This document shows positions 50,377 through 60,761 of a DNA stretch of 64,000 bases, in pieces. Positions within the stretch are counted from its first letter, which is position 1. Each line of letters opens with the position of its first letter. Below the pieces are notes generated by a model. It was not told the origin of the DNA and did not search any database. It saw only the letters and a list, made by a program, of their open reading frames with translations. The stretch is from Gammaproteobacteria bacterium (GTDB lineage Bacteria; Pseudomonadota; Gammaproteobacteria; JBCCGL01), in NCBI GenBank assembly GCA_965277715.1, contig OZ255836.1, positions 768,001 to 832,000 on the forward strand, read 5' to 3'. A program made the translations under genes and the position numbers.

Positions 50377-51202
50377 CGATGGCGCGCAGCAATGCGTTAA
50401 TGCCCACCTTGGCACGTGTTTTCTCATCGACCTTCTTGACGATCACGGCGCAGTACAGGCTGTAGCGGCCATCAGCACTGGGCAGATTACCGGAGACAAC
50501 CACCGAACCGGCGGGCACGCGCCCGTAGATAACCGTATCGTTTTCCCGGTCATAGATACGCGTGCTTTGACCAATATAGACACCCATCGAAATAACCGAA
50601 CCCTGCTCCACAATAACCCCCTCAACCACCTCCGAACGTGCGCCGATAAAGCAATTGTCTTCAATAATCGTGGGTGAGGCCTGCAAGGGTTCGAGCACAC
50701 CACCAATACCGACCCCGCCGGATAAATGCACGTTTTTACCAATTTGTGCGCAGGAACCGACCGTCGCCCAGGTATCGACCATGGTACCGCTGTCGACATA
50801 GGCGCCAATATTCACATAAGACGGCATCAACACCGCGCCAGGTGCGATATAGCTACCTTTACGCGCCATGGCTGGCGGTACAACGCGCACCCCGGAATCG
50901 GCAAACTGCTGTGCCGACCAACCGGTGAATTTGCTGTCGACCTTATCGTAAAACTGCGTAAACCCGCCTGCCGACATCGGTGCATTATCATTGATGCGAA
51001 ATGACAGCAAGACCGCTTTCTTCAACCATTCATTGACGACCCAATCACCAATACCGCGCTGTTGTGCCACCCGCACTGCACCACTATCGATTTGGGTAAT
51101 GGCTTGATTGACGGCATCGCGCACCTCGGCAGAGACATTGTTCGGTGTAATCTCGGCGCGTTTTTCAAAGGCATCTTCGATCAGGTTTTGTAAATCAGAC
51201 AT
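50369..51202 (-). CDS. dapD: Tetrahydrodipicolinate N-succinyltransferase
   Basis: [50 protein letters not shown]. Confidence 0.97.
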   Translation of the reverse strand: MSDLQNLIEDAFEKRAEITPNNVSAEVRDAVNQAITQIDSGAVRVAQQRGIGDWVVNEWLKKAVLLSFRINDNAPMSAGGFTQFYDKVDSKFTGWSAQQFADSGVRVVPPAMARKGSYIAPGAVLMPSYVNIGAYVDSGTMVDTWATVGSCAQIGKNVHLSGGVGIGGVLEPLQASPTIIEDNCFIGARSEVVEGVIVEQGSVISMGVYIGQSTRIYDRENDTVIYGRVPAGSVVVSGNLPSADGRYSLYCAVIVKKVDEKTRAKVGINALLRAIDE

Positions 51203-51228
51203 TGGTTTTCTCTGTGATTAGTAATTGT

Positions 51229-52440
51229 TTAAAGGGCATCTAAGGTATCGCGGATACACTGGGCGGCATCAATACAATCGTCCAGTGCTGCCACCAATGC
51301 AATGCGCAGGTGGTTCTCCCCAGGGTTAATGCCTGCATTTTCTCGTGCGAGGTAACGCCCAGGCAATACCGTAATATTGTGTTGCCGATAAAGCGCCAGG
51401 GCAAATGCCTCATCGTCGAGAGGTAACTCGGCCGGTAACTGAGGCCATAAATAAAACCCAGCTTGTGGTTTTGTTACAGCGAGTGCCCCGGACAAAATAT
51501 CCAGCACAGCGGTAAATTTCTCCCGGTACAAAAGTCGGTTTTCGCGCACGTGTTGTTCATCCTGCCACGCCGTTGTACTGGCTGCCTGCACTAAGGGTGA
51601 CATTGAACAGCCGTGATAGGTACGGTAACGAAAAAATGCATCGATAATACGGCTGTCACCAGCGATAAACCCAGAGCGCATACCCGGTAGATTAGAGCGT
51701 TTCGATAAGCTGTGAAACACCGCGCAGTGAGAAAAATCGTGATTACCCATCGTTTGGCAGGCTTGCAGCAAACCGGCGGGTGGTGCATTTTCGTCGGCGT
51801 AGATTTCTGAATAACACTCGTCGCTGGCGATAATAAAATTATGCCGTTGTGCGCGTTCAATCAACGTTATCAAATCGGCTTCACCGATAACACTGCCGGT
51901 TGGGTTGCCGGGTGAGCAGATATAAATAAGCTGGCATCGATCCCAGTCGCGTTCACCGATACTGTCGAAGTCGGGTTGGTAGTGAGTATCCGCTCCGGTG
52001 TTATAAAACCGGGGTTGCAAGCCAGCGAGAATAGCGGCCCCTTCATAAATTTGATAAAACGGGTTTGGCATCAGCACGGTATTTTTTTTGCTGGTGTTGT
52101 CCAGCGTACATTGAGCAAAGGCAAATAAAGCCTCGCGGGTGCCATTAACCGGCAATATATGCTTTGCCGGGTCGATGCCTGTGGTGGCTAATTGAAAGCG
52201 GTTTGCCAGCCATTGTGCAATCGCTTCACGCAGCGCGTCATTGCCACGGGTACTGGGGTACTGGCTAACCCCGCCAAGGTTTTCTGCCAGGCTATCGAGC
52301 ACACATTGTGGTGGTGCATGGCGAGGTTCACCGACTGAGAGCAAGACCGCCTTTCGTTGGGTCTGTGGTGTGATGCCGTGTTTTAACGCAGCCAGCTTTT
52401 CGAAAGGGTAGGCCTGTAATTGCTGTAGGTTTGGGTTCAT
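51229..52440 (-). CDS. dapC: Succinyldiaminopimelate transaminase (start moved to MNPNL)
   Basis: LQAYPFEKL, NGTREALFA, PNPFYQIYEGAA, SDECYSEI, SLSKRSNLPGMRSG. Confidence 0.93.
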   Translation of the reverse strand: MNPNLQQLQAYPFEKLAALKHGITPQTQRKAVLLSVGEPRHAPPQCVLDSLAENLGGVSQYPSTRGNDALREAIAQWLANRFQLATTGIDPAKHILPVNGTREALFAFAQCTLDNTSKKNTVLMPNPFYQIYEGAAILAGLQPRFYNTGADTHYQPDFDSIGERDWDRCQLIYICSPGNPTGSVIGEADLITLIERAQRHNFIIASDECYSEIYADENAPPAGLLQACQTMGNHDFSHCAVFHSLSKRSNLPGMRSGFIAGDSRIIDAFFRYRTYHGCSMSPLVQAASTTAWQDEQHVRENRLLYREKFTAVLDILSGALAVTKPQAGFYLWPQLPAELPLDDEAFALALYRQHNITVLPGRYLARENAGINPGENHLRIALVAALDDCIDAAQCIRDTLDAL

Positions 52441-52626
52441 ATAGGCGTTATTAAGGGAAAGATCGATTGGGAGGTTGCTGATAATGGTCGGAAGTCGATG
52501 AGTAGCTTTTTTAATTTGAGCATATTTTAGCTTATTCACTTTAATGAGTGGTGGCAAATGCTTCAGTGGTTTGGATTCGGTGCGAATTGACAGATCAAAG
52601 TACTTGCACAATGTTTGATTAAGCTA

Positions 52627-52657
52627 ATATCATAGATATCTTGTATATCTATGATAT
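52627..52657. promoter_or_regulatory. Perfect 13-bp inverted repeat; probable TA operator
   Basis: ATATCATAGATAT-CTTGT-ATATCTATGATAT, ending 12 nt before the antitoxin ATG. Confidence 0.7.
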
Positions 52658-52669
52658 CTGGAGAGTGAT

Positions 52670-52906
52670 ATGGCTAATATTCTTATTCGTGATATTGATG
52701 AGTCGTTGAACAAAGCGTTAAAGTTGAGGGCTATTGAACATGATCGTACCCGTGAAGCTGAAATCAAGGTTATTTTGCGATCAGTCGTCGATAAGCTACC
52801 GCAAAAACGGCCATTGGCTGAGGCATTAATGGACATTCCAACCTTGGATATTGATGTAGATACATTGTTTGAACGATCACACAGCCCTGGTCGTGGATTC
52901 GGCTGA
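52670..52906 (+). CDS. FitA-like ribbon-helix-helix antitoxin
   Basis: MANILIRDIDE...ALKLRA..H.R..EAE.K.IL. Confidence 0.85.
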   Translation: MANILIRDIDESLNKALKLRAIEHDRTREAEIKVILRSVVDKLPQKRPLAEALMDIPTLDIDVDTLFERSHSPGRGFG

Positions 52907-52908
52907 CA

Positions 52909-53331
52909 ATGTATTTACTCGATACCAATGTCATTTCGCAATTCACAAAACGCCAACCTGATCAAGGGGTTGTCGATTTCTTTGAAAAAATAAAAAACCA
53001 TCAATCCGAACTATATTTGTCAGTGCTGACTATTGGAGAGATTAATAGTGGCATCAGCAAACTAACCCACTATCGAGACCACCAGCAAGCCGAAAAACTT
53101 CAGCGGTGGTTGACCCAATTAAAATCTGAATACACAAATAGAATATTGGCTATAGACAGTGATATCTGTACGCTGTGGGGTGCAATGCTCGCAGCAACTG
53201 ATAATACGAATGCCGTTGATAAGCTGATTGCAGCGACGGCACTCAATTACGGCTTTACACTGGTCACACGCAATGTCGCACATATGGCGGGCACAGGCGC
53301 TCAATGTGTCAATCCCTTTATGTCCAGGTAG
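52909..53331 (+). CDS. vapC: VapC/FitB-like PIN toxin
   Basis: YLLDTNVIS, SVLTIGEI, DKLIAATA, LVTRN, NPF. Confidence 0.9.
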   Translation: MYLLDTNVISQFTKRQPDQGVVDFFEKIKNHQSELYLSVLTIGEINSGISKLTHYRDHQQAEKLQRWLTQLKSEYTNRILAIDSDICTLWGAMLAATDNTNAVDKLIAATALNYGFTLVTRNVAHMAGTGAQCVNPFMSR

Positions 53332-53426
53332 AGTAACAATGGTAAGAAAGTCAGTGTAACCCACGCAATATTCGCCACCCTCTTTTCTTTACATTACTCA
53401 GTCTTCTACAGCATCCGGGGAAACAC

Positions 53427-54563
53427 ATGCAAGACAACAACACAGAGACACTGCTGGCTCACGCGGGTCATTATCTCGATACCAGCACTGGCGCAATTAT
53501 CCCGCCCATCTCATTAACCACAACCTATGCCCGCGATGAACACTATGCACTGCGCGATAGCGCACTGGGTTATCAGCGCAACAATGCCACCACGAATGTG
53601 CATGTCGAGTCGCTTTTGGCCCAACTGGAAGGGGGCACACAGGCACAGCTATTCAGCTCGGGGCTGGCCGCTGCAACGTCACTGTTTAGCTGCTTGAGTC
53701 CTGGCGATCATGTTGTTCTCCCTAAAGTGTGCTACTACGCCCTGCGCAACTGGGTGATTGAATTTACCGGGCGTTGGGGCTTATCGATTGGTTGGTACGA
53801 TGCACATAACATCGATAGCCTCGAACAGGCCGTATCAGCGGGGAAAACCCGGTTAGTGTGGGTGGAAACCCCCGCTAACCCGAGTTGGGATATTACGGAT
53901 ATAGCCGCAGCGGCAGATATTGCACACCGCGTGGGGGCATTGCTGGCCACTGATTCCACCGTCTCGACTCCGATCATTACCCGGCCTATTGAGCACGGGG
54001 CCGATTTTGTCGTGCATTCGGCCACGAAATATCTCAATGGCCACAGTGACGTATTGGCGGGTGCCGTGATTGCCAGGGCAGACAGCGACTACTGGCAGCA
54101 GATCAAATCGCATCGCACACATGCGGGTGCCGTCCTGGGGCCATTTGAAGCCTGGTTATTACAGCGTGGTATGCGCACCCTGCACCTGCGTGTGGCGCGT
54201 GCCAGCGAGAGTGCAATGGCGATTGCCCAAACACTGCAACAACACCCTGCGGTTGAGCGTGTCCACTACCCTGGGCTGGCCTCCCATCCAGGCCACACCA
54301 CGGCGCAGCGACAAATGGAAAACGGCTTTGGTGGCATGTTATCGGTATTACTGCGCGGGGGGGAAGCGGCTGCGCTACGCGTGGCGAAGGCCACCCGTTT
54401 ATTCTTACCCGCGACCTCATTGGGCGGTGTGGAAAGCCTTATTGAACATCGTGCCAGTGTCGAAGCGGAGGGAAGCCCGGTCGCAAAAAACCTGCTGCGC
54501 CTTTCGATTGGTGTAGAACATACCGGTGACCTGATTGATGATTTACAACAGGCATTGGATTGA
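53427..54563 (+). CDS. PLP-dependent trans-sulfuration enzyme (cystathionine gamma-synthase/lyase family)
   Basis: PPISLTTTY, FSSGLAA, WVETPANP, HSATKYLNGHSD, TSLGGVESL. Confidence 0.9.
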   Translation: MQDNNTETLLAHAGHYLDTSTGAIIPPISLTTTYARDEHYALRDSALGYQRNNATTNVHVESLLAQLEGGTQAQLFSSGLAAATSLFSCLSPGDHVVLPKVCYYALRNWVIEFTGRWGLSIGWYDAHNIDSLEQAVSAGKTRLVWVETPANPSWDITDIAAAADIAHRVGALLATDSTVSTPIITRPIEHGADFVVHSATKYLNGHSDVLAGAVIARADSDYWQQIKSHRTHAGAVLGPFEAWLLQRGMRTLHLRVARASESAMAIAQTLQQHPAVERVHYPGLASHPGHTTAQRQMENGFGGMLSVLLRGGEAAALRVAKATRLFLPATSLGGVESLIEHRASVEAEGSPVAKNLLRLSIGVEHTGDLIDDLQQALD

Positions 54564-54640
54564 TCTATTACTGCTAGATCACCTTAACGAAACCCTTATA
54601 ACAGCATAAATAAACACAAAGATTGATAAATAGTGAGCTA

Positions 54641-54689
54641 ATGCCTACGCTTCTTCTATGTAGGCAGCGTAGGGCGTTATGTAACGCAC
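54641..54689. repeat. Degenerate GTAG-family REP-like palindromes
   Basis: GTAGG-GCGTTA-TG-TAACGC at 54669-54687, plus inverted CCTAC at 54644, between convergent genes. Confidence 0.35.
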
Positions 54690-54819
54690 ACAAAAATAAT
54701 GTCCACTTTAAAAGTGTTATTGAAATAATGCGCTATGTATTAATAATGCGCTCAGCCAATTCAGCTATAAGGTGAATCGATGCGCTTACAAATCCCGGAA
54801 TTTATTGCGTACACGTGCC

Positions 54820-56226
54820 TTATATATGCCTACGTTTCCTCTCAGGAAAAGTATGCTTAAGAATATCGTAATAACGCCGAATATTCTGCACATAATGAAC
54901 CGGCTCCCCCCCACGTGCATAACCACTTTTGACCTTCTTGTACCACTTGCGTTTACGCAGCAAAGGCAAACTCTTTTTAACGTTGACCCACTTATTTGGG
55001 TCTTTCTCAAGCATCACGGTAATCGTGCGCGCATCGACTAAATGCCCATAGCCCACGTTATAAGAGGCGAGTGCCATCCAAGTCCTGTCCGGCTCGACAA
55101 TACTCTTTGCAAGTCGTTTGCGTAACTGGGCTAAATACCTGGCGCCCCCCATAATACTCTGCCGGGGATCCAGCCGGTTATTGATACCCAATTGTGAAGC
55201 CGTACTTAACGTCAACATCATCAGTCCACGCACCCCGGTGGGTGACGTCGCCTCCCGGTTCCAATGCGACTCCTGGTGACTCATTGCCGCCAGCAGACGC
55301 CAATCGATTTTATAGCGCTGTCCCGCCTCGCGAAATAACGCCTCATATTTCGGCAGCCGCGATTTAATTCTGCGCATAAACAAATGCGTTCCCGAATAAT
55401 CAAAATTTGCGAAATGACCGTAGTAGCGCTCCAGTAACTCGGTAAGGAAACCATTCGTTTTAACTTGGTGCATATACGTTTGCACCTGCACAAACAAACT
55501 TAAATCATCTGATTGCTTCACCGCCCAGGCCAAACCCTTTTCACCGGGCAAACTGAACGCCGTGCGCAGCTCGGGGTAGTAGTGGCGCACCGCCTGCACC
55601 TCGTTTGAATTGACCAAGGCATAGGAAATCTGCTTGTCGAGCACTTTTTCCATCAGCTCCTCAAACCCCATATCCTGCTCGATCACCCATTCCAATTGCG
55701 GGTGAGAGAGTTGCAGTGTCGCCAATGTTTCCAGGTGGTTGGCGGTTGGCAAGGTACTGAGTGGTGCAGTTAAATCGTCAATAGTTTGTGGTCGTGGTTT
55801 GGTCTTTTGCCGGTCGATAATCTCCTCTTTAACGTTTTGATAGATGGGGGAATAACGCACCAGACCTTCGCTGGATACACTGATTGGCATACCGCTGGCG
55901 ACCAGGTCGACCCTATCCTGTAGCAATAGTTGATTGAGGTCATCGATTGAATCGGCGAGTACAATTTCCAATTCGACCCCCAGTCGACGGGCAAACTCGT
56001 GGGCGAGATCGTATTCCAACCCGGCGGGGCCATTGCTCGCCTGAAAATAAGTGGTCGGCCCATTGCGTGTGGCGACAATCAGGCTGCCGCGCTCCTTGAT
56101 CGTCACCAGATGTGGCTTTTCAACCGGTTGAAACTCACCCGCAAGCTGATACGCTACCGCAGCGATAGCCAATGGCAGTAGCACGCGGTAGTTTATGAGT
56201 AAGCGGAGGTATTGGGTGGGCTGCAT
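54820..56226 (-). CDS. mltF: Membrane-bound lytic murein transglycosylase F
   Basis: SBP-like N-domain (TRNGPTTY, GLEYDLA) + SLT domain (QESHW, SPTGVRGLMMLT, ASYNVGYGHL, GYARG.EP). Confidence 0.93.
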   Translation of the reverse strand: MQPTQYLRLLINYRVLLPLAIAAVAYQLAGEFQPVEKPHLVTIKERGSLIVATRNGPTTYFQASNGPAGLEYDLAHEFARRLGVELEIVLADSIDDLNQLLLQDRVDLVASGMPISVSSEGLVRYSPIYQNVKEEIIDRQKTKPRPQTIDDLTAPLSTLPTANHLETLATLQLSHPQLEWVIEQDMGFEELMEKVLDKQISYALVNSNEVQAVRHYYPELRTAFSLPGEKGLAWAVKQSDDLSLFVQVQTYMHQVKTNGFLTELLERYYGHFANFDYSGTHLFMRRIKSRLPKYEALFREAGQRYKIDWRLLAAMSHQESHWNREATSPTGVRGLMMLTLSTASQLGINNRLDPRQSIMGGARYLAQLRKRLAKSIVEPDRTWMALASYNVGYGHLVDARTITVMLEKDPNKWVNVKKSLPLLRKRKWYKKVKSGYARGGEPVHYVQNIRRYYDILKHTFPERKRRHI

Positions 56227-56394
56227 AGCATTTTGTTTGTTTTAGAACCAATAATTTAGCATGGGTCTGACAGTAATGGTAACTAATCCCTGTTATTGAC
56301 AGTTTTGCCGTTGTAATTGATCTGTACTTTTACTTGCAAGCAGGCACCTGATAGTTGAAAATCGCGCCCCTTGTCTCACCAACACCTGTTTAAT

Positions 56395-56506
56395 GGTAGC
56401 TCGCACCGGTTCTCCCGCGACAATAAACTGTAAACCCCGTCAGGCCCGGAAGGGAGCAGCGGCAGCAGTGGACTTGGGCGCCGGGATGTGGCTGGTGTGA
56501 GCTGCC
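56395..56506 (+). ncRNA. ffs: Signal recognition particle 4.5S RNA
   Basis: Domain IV TCAGGCCCGGAAGGGAGCAGC; ends GGTAGCTCGCACC / GGTGTGAGCTGCC pair; directly upstream of dnaX. Confidence 0.93.
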
Positions 56507-56611
56507 GCCCTAGCACACCACCAATATAAGGTAGGCAGTGTACTAGTTCTCGATATGGGGTAAACACGTTAGAATGGCGCATTATCCCAACCCCTTGGAA
56601 TCACACTGCCG

Positions 56612-58405
56612 ATGAGTTACCAGGTGCTGGCACGCAAATGGCGGCCACGTTTTTTTGCCGAGATGATAGGGCAGGATCACGTCGTGCGCGCCCTCACCAA
56701 TGCACTCGATCAGGATCGACTCCACCACGCCTATCTGTTCTCCGGGACGCGTGGCGTGGGTAAAACCACCGTGGCGCGTATCTTTGCCAAAAGCCTCAAT
56801 TGTGAAAAAGGCGTCAGCGCCTTGCCCTGTGGTGAATGCAGCGCCTGTGTCGAAGTGGATGAAGGGCGCTTTATCGACCTGATCGAAGTCGATGCCGCTT
56901 CACGCACAGGTGTCGATGATACCCGTGAATTGATGGAAAACGTCAGCTACGCGCCCACCCGTGGCCGCTACAAGGTGTACCTGATCGATGAGGTGCATAT
57001 GTTCAGCAAATCGAGTTTTAACGCCCTGTTAAAGACACTCGAAGAGCCACCGCCACACGTTAAGTTTTTACTGGCCACCACCGACCCACAAAAACTATTG
57101 CCCACCGTATTGTCGCGCTGTTTGCAGTTCAATCTGAAACGCGTCCCTGTCGATACCATCGCCACACAGATTGCACATATCCTCGCGGCTGAATCGCTAC
57201 ACGCTGAAACCAGCGCGGTAATGCGTATAGCGCGCGCTGCCGATGGCAGTGTGCGCGATGCATTGAGCCTGCTCGACCAGGCGATTGCCTTCTCGCCGGG
57301 TGAAATAGCGCTCGAACATGTCGATGCAATGCTCGGTGGTGTATCACACGAACGGGTTTACGCCTTGCTTGACGCCGTTTCAGCAGGGGATGCTGTGGCC
57401 GTTTTCAAGCAACTGGCCGCCCTCGACGACTATGCGCCAGACTACCATGCACTGCTCTCTGACCTACTGGCGCTATTGCACCAAATAGCGGTTATCCAGG
57501 CCGTGCCGGACATCGTGCGGGAAGCGATTGCAGACCCTGAACGCGCACGCCGGTTCGCGCACGCCCTGTCTGCGGAAGATGTGCAACTCTACTACCAGAT
57601 TGCACTGACAGGCAGGCGTGATATGCCGCATGTACCCGATGAACGCAATGCACTGGAAATGACTCTGCTGCGTATGATCGCGTTTCGCCCCGTAACGGTG
57701 GCGCCCCCTGGCGAGCTGCCTTCTGGCGCAGTGCCTTCTGGTAAAGGGGTATCGCATCAAGCGCCTGGCCTTCCGCATGTAGAAACCAGCAGCGCGATTG
57801 CAGAGACAAGTACAGTGGCACCTGCACCGGCATTGAAAGCGCCACCACCAATGCCTCCGCAGCCTCGTGAACAGGCACCCACGCCCGCACCACCGGCCCC
57901 AGCTCCAGTTCCCACTGCGGCTGTAATCGACAATGCACCGCCACCCTTGTTATCGGGTGCACCACCAGAACAATCTGAGGCACCGCTACAGGCAACGATT
58001 AAACGGTTTGAAAATTGGCAGGCGGAAGACTGGTCGGTTATCTGTACCCATTTGGGATTACAGGGTATGTATGCACAATTGGTTGCACACTGCGCACTCT
58101 CATCCGTTGAAGGTAACCAGATCAACCTGGTATTGACTGAGATACACCAACACCTCAACAATGAAAAAATGCTGGCGCGTGTCAGAGACGCCCTGTCTAA
58201 ACTTATCGGCAAACCGGTGGTACTAAATGTAACCATCGGGTCGCCCGCCAGTGAAACTCCGGCACAGCAGCTTGAACGCAAGGCCTCTGAGTTCAAAATG
58301 CAGACACAGCAAGCCATCACCAATGACCCGGTGGTGCAGGATATACAACGGCGTTTTGATGCATCCATAGCGGTTGACAGCATTGAGCCTAAATTAAGCA
58401 GTTGA
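56612..58405 (+). CDS. dnaX: DNA polymerase III subunit gamma/tau
   Basis: YQVLARKWRP, GTRGVGKT, IDEVHM, LKTLEEPP, SRCLQF; Pro/Ala linker and tau C-domain. Confidence 0.97.
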   Translation: MSYQVLARKWRPRFFAEMIGQDHVVRALTNALDQDRLHHAYLFSGTRGVGKTTVARIFAKSLNCEKGVSALPCGECSACVEVDEGRFIDLIEVDAASRTGVDDTRELMENVSYAPTRGRYKVYLIDEVHMFSKSSFNALLKTLEEPPPHVKFLLATTDPQKLLPTVLSRCLQFNLKRVPVDTIATQIAHILAAESLHAETSAVMRIARAADGSVRDALSLLDQAIAFSPGEIALEHVDAMLGGVSHERVYALLDAVSAGDAVAVFKQLAALDDYAPDYHALLSDLLALLHQIAVIQAVPDIVREAIADPERARRFAHALSAEDVQLYYQIALTGRRDMPHVPDERNALEMTLLRMIAFRPVTVAPPGELPSGAVPSGKGVSHQAPGLPHVETSSAIAETSTVAPAPALKAPPPMPPQPREQAPTPAPPAPAPVPTAAVIDNAPPPLLSGAPPEQSEAPLQATIKRFENWQAEDWSVICTHLGLQGMYAQLVAHCALSSVEGNQINLVLTEIHQHLNNEKMLARVRDALSKLIGKPVVLNVTIGSPASETPAQQLERKASEFKMQTQQAITNDPVVQDIQRRFDASIAVDSIEPKLSS

Positions 58406-58535
58406 ATAGACGGCGAATGCTCAATGCACAGAATATTAAAGCACGAAATATTCCCGCTATGGTTCAACGGATTAATTCAGCTTGAACCAGTAGTACGTTG
58501 ATGACAGTTTTATTTCACATAATCGAGGCTTACAG

Positions 58536-58859
58536 ATGAAAGATGGTTTGGGTAACCTGATGAAGCAAGCGCAAAAAATGCAGGCCGATATGCAAAAAGC
58601 GCAAGAGGAAATCGCTTCAATGGAAGTCGAAGGACAGTCCGGCGGTGGCCTGGTAAAAGTAACCATGACCGGCCAGCACGAGCTGCGGCGTGTCGTTATC
58701 GACGACAGCCTGATGGGTGATGACAAAGAAATGCTCGAAGACCTGGTCGCCGCTGCGGTAAACGATGCCAGCCAGCGCGTGGATACCAACAGCAAAGAAA
58801 AAATGTCGGGCATGGCGGCGGGCTTATCCCTGCCGCCGGGTCTGAAAATGCCGTTCTGA
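58536..58859 (+). CDS. ybaB: Nucleoid-associated protein YbaB/EbfC
   Basis: [31 protein letters not shown]. Confidence 0.95.
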   Translation: MKDGLGNLMKQAQKMQADMQKAQEEIASMEVEGQSGGGLVKVTMTGQHELRRVVIDDSLMGDDKEMLEDLVAAAVNDASQRVDTNSKEKMSGMAAGLSLPPGLKMPF

Positions 58860-58869
58860 GCGCACCGCT

Positions 58870-59463
58870 ATGGCCCACACGCTGCTCGATGAACTGATCG
58901 AGTCATTTTGCTGTCTGCCTGGGGTTGGCCCCAAGTCGGCGCAACGCATGGCGTTCCATTTATTGGAGCGCGACCGCAGGGGAGGGGATCGGCTGGCAAC
59001 AGTGCTCGACCGCGCCATGCGCGATATTGGCCACTGCACCCGCTGCCGCACCTTTACCGAGCAGCCGCTGTGTGATATTTGCAACAACCCTGGGCGCGAT
59101 GCCGCGCAATTGTGCATCATTGAATCACCGGCCGACGTGGCCGCCATCGAGCGATCTACCACGTACCGGGGGCATTACTTCGTATTGATGGGGCACCTCT
59201 CACCACTGGACGGTATTGGCCCGGTGGAAATTGGCATCGATTTACTCTTGGCGCGGTTTACCGATGGCGATGTGCGTGAAGTGATTCTGGCAACCAACGC
59301 GACAGTAGAGGGCGAGGCCACCGCGCATTACCTCGGTGATCTGGCCAAACAACACGCGCTGCGGGTAATGCGCATTGCGCATGGCGTTCCCTTGGGCGGT
59401 GAGTTGGAGTTTGTCGATAAAAGCACACTGTCACACGCCTTTGCCGGGCGCGTAGAAGTATAA
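58870..59463 (+). CDS. recR: Recombination protein RecR
   Basis: [14 protein letters not shown]4 zinc finger, [17 protein letters not shown]. Confidence 0.96.
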   Translation: MAHTLLDELIESFCCLPGVGPKSAQRMAFHLLERDRRGGDRLATVLDRAMRDIGHCTRCRTFTEQPLCDICNNPGRDAAQLCIIESPADVAAIERSTTYRGHYFVLMGHLSPLDGIGPVEIGIDLLLARFTDGDVREVILATNATVEGEATAHYLGDLAKQHALRVMRIAHGVPLGGELEFVDKSTLSHAFAGRVEV

Positions 59464-59616
59464 GCGGTGTCATTCAATACGACACAAGACTGCGCCGTTC
59501 GGATGGCAACAACGTATAATAGCGATCAACCCGGTATCTGACTCAGCACCCACGCCTTTCTGCACGGTGCTTATTGAACCTGACAACCCGCTGAATCAAC
59601 AGGCTTTACTCACTCA

Positions 59617-60741
59617 ATGACAAAAAAATTCTTCTGCGTGGCTGATGCACGCGCCGCCGCCAAACGGCGTATGCCAAAAATAATGTTTGATTACGTCGAT
59701 GGCGCAGCCGGGAATGAGTACACCTACCAGCAAAACAGCGAAGTACTCGACAAGGTGCGTATGCAACCACGTGTGCTGGTCAATATTGAAAACCGCACAC
59801 TGGGCAAACACTTTCTCGGTCGCCAGTGGGACCTGCCATTTGGCATTGCCCCGACAGGTATGTGCAACCTCACCTGGCCGGGGGCCGATAAAATGCTGGC
59901 CGCCGCCGCAGTGAAATACAACATGCCCATCGGTTTGGCGACAATGGCCTCCAGCACCATTGAAGACACCTACACACGCGCTGGCGATCACGCCTGGTTT
60001 CAGCTCTATGTGGGCCAGTCAGAGGAAATTGCCTTCGATATGGTCGACCGCGCCGAAAACGCGGGCTACGACACCTTAATCCTCACCGTCGATGTGCCCA
60101 TGGTGGCCTCGCGCCCGCGTGAGCAGCGCAACGGCTTTCAGGCGCCGTTAAAAATTGGGCCTAAACAGTTCTTTGACTTTGCCACCCACCCACAGTGGTC
60201 GATACGTACCCTCCTGGCCGGGGTGCCGGCAGTTGCCAACAACGTTGGCGGCAATACCGGGAAAAAATTTGTGCGCAACGAAAGCCGGGGCAAAGCCGAC
60301 TGGGTTTTTCTCGACCGTTTGCGCCAGCGCTGGAAAGGGAAGCTGGTGGTAAAAGGCGTGTTATCCAGCGTGGATGCCGTGCGCATTCGCGATGCGGGGG
60401 TGGATGCGGTGTATGTCTCCAACCACGGTGGCCGACAGCTCGACAGCGCACCCGCTACAATTCAAATGCTGCCCGCCATTCGCGAGGCCGTGGGTGGCGA
60501 CTACCCCATTATTTTCGACAGTGGCGTGCGCAACGGTGAATCGGTGGTTAAGGCGCTGGCACTCGGTGCTGACTTTGTGATGATGGGCCGCCCCTTTTTA
60601 TATGCAATGGGCGGCGGCGGCAGTGAGGGCCTGGCGTCGATTGTCGATTTGTTAATCCAGCAGATTGATACGACCCTGGCACAATTGGGGCGCACCGATA
60701 TTAACGATATTGACCGCAGTGTGATTGTTGGATCGGTATAG
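59617..60741 (+). CDS. FMN-dependent alpha-hydroxy acid oxidase/dehydrogenase (LldD-like)
   Basis: FDYVDGAA, WFQLY, LTVD, VVKG, VSNHGGRQLD, DSGVR.G, GRPFLY. Confidence 0.92.
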   Translation: MTKKFFCVADARAAAKRRMPKIMFDYVDGAAGNEYTYQQNSEVLDKVRMQPRVLVNIENRTLGKHFLGRQWDLPFGIAPTGMCNLTWPGADKMLAAAAVKYNMPIGLATMASSTIEDTYTRAGDHAWFQLYVGQSEEIAFDMVDRAENAGYDTLILTVDVPMVASRPREQRNGFQAPLKIGPKQFFDFATHPQWSIRTLLAGVPAVANNVGGNTGKKFVRNESRGKADWVFLDRLRQRWKGKLVVKGVLSSVDAVRIRDAGVDAVYVSNHGGRQLDSAPATIQMLPAIREAVGGDYPIIFDSGVRNGESVVKALALGADFVMMGRPFLYAMGGGGSEGLASIVDLLIQQIDTTLAQLGRTDINDIDRSVIVGSV

Positions 60742-60761
60742 CTGCATATCACCCACTGCGC

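Noticed and set aside
51229-52611. 57-aa N-terminal extension of DapC in the ORF track
   Set aside because: Family similarity begins at MNPNL (52440); the extension is AT-rich intergenic sequence
57660-58200. Programmed -1 frameshift site in dnaX
   Set aside because: No A AAA AAG heptamer or long A run seen; the A6 at 58164 is not a canonical slippery site
57757-58467. 236-aa Gly/Ala-rich minus-strand ORF
   Set aside because: Antisense shadow of the DnaX Pro/Ala linker
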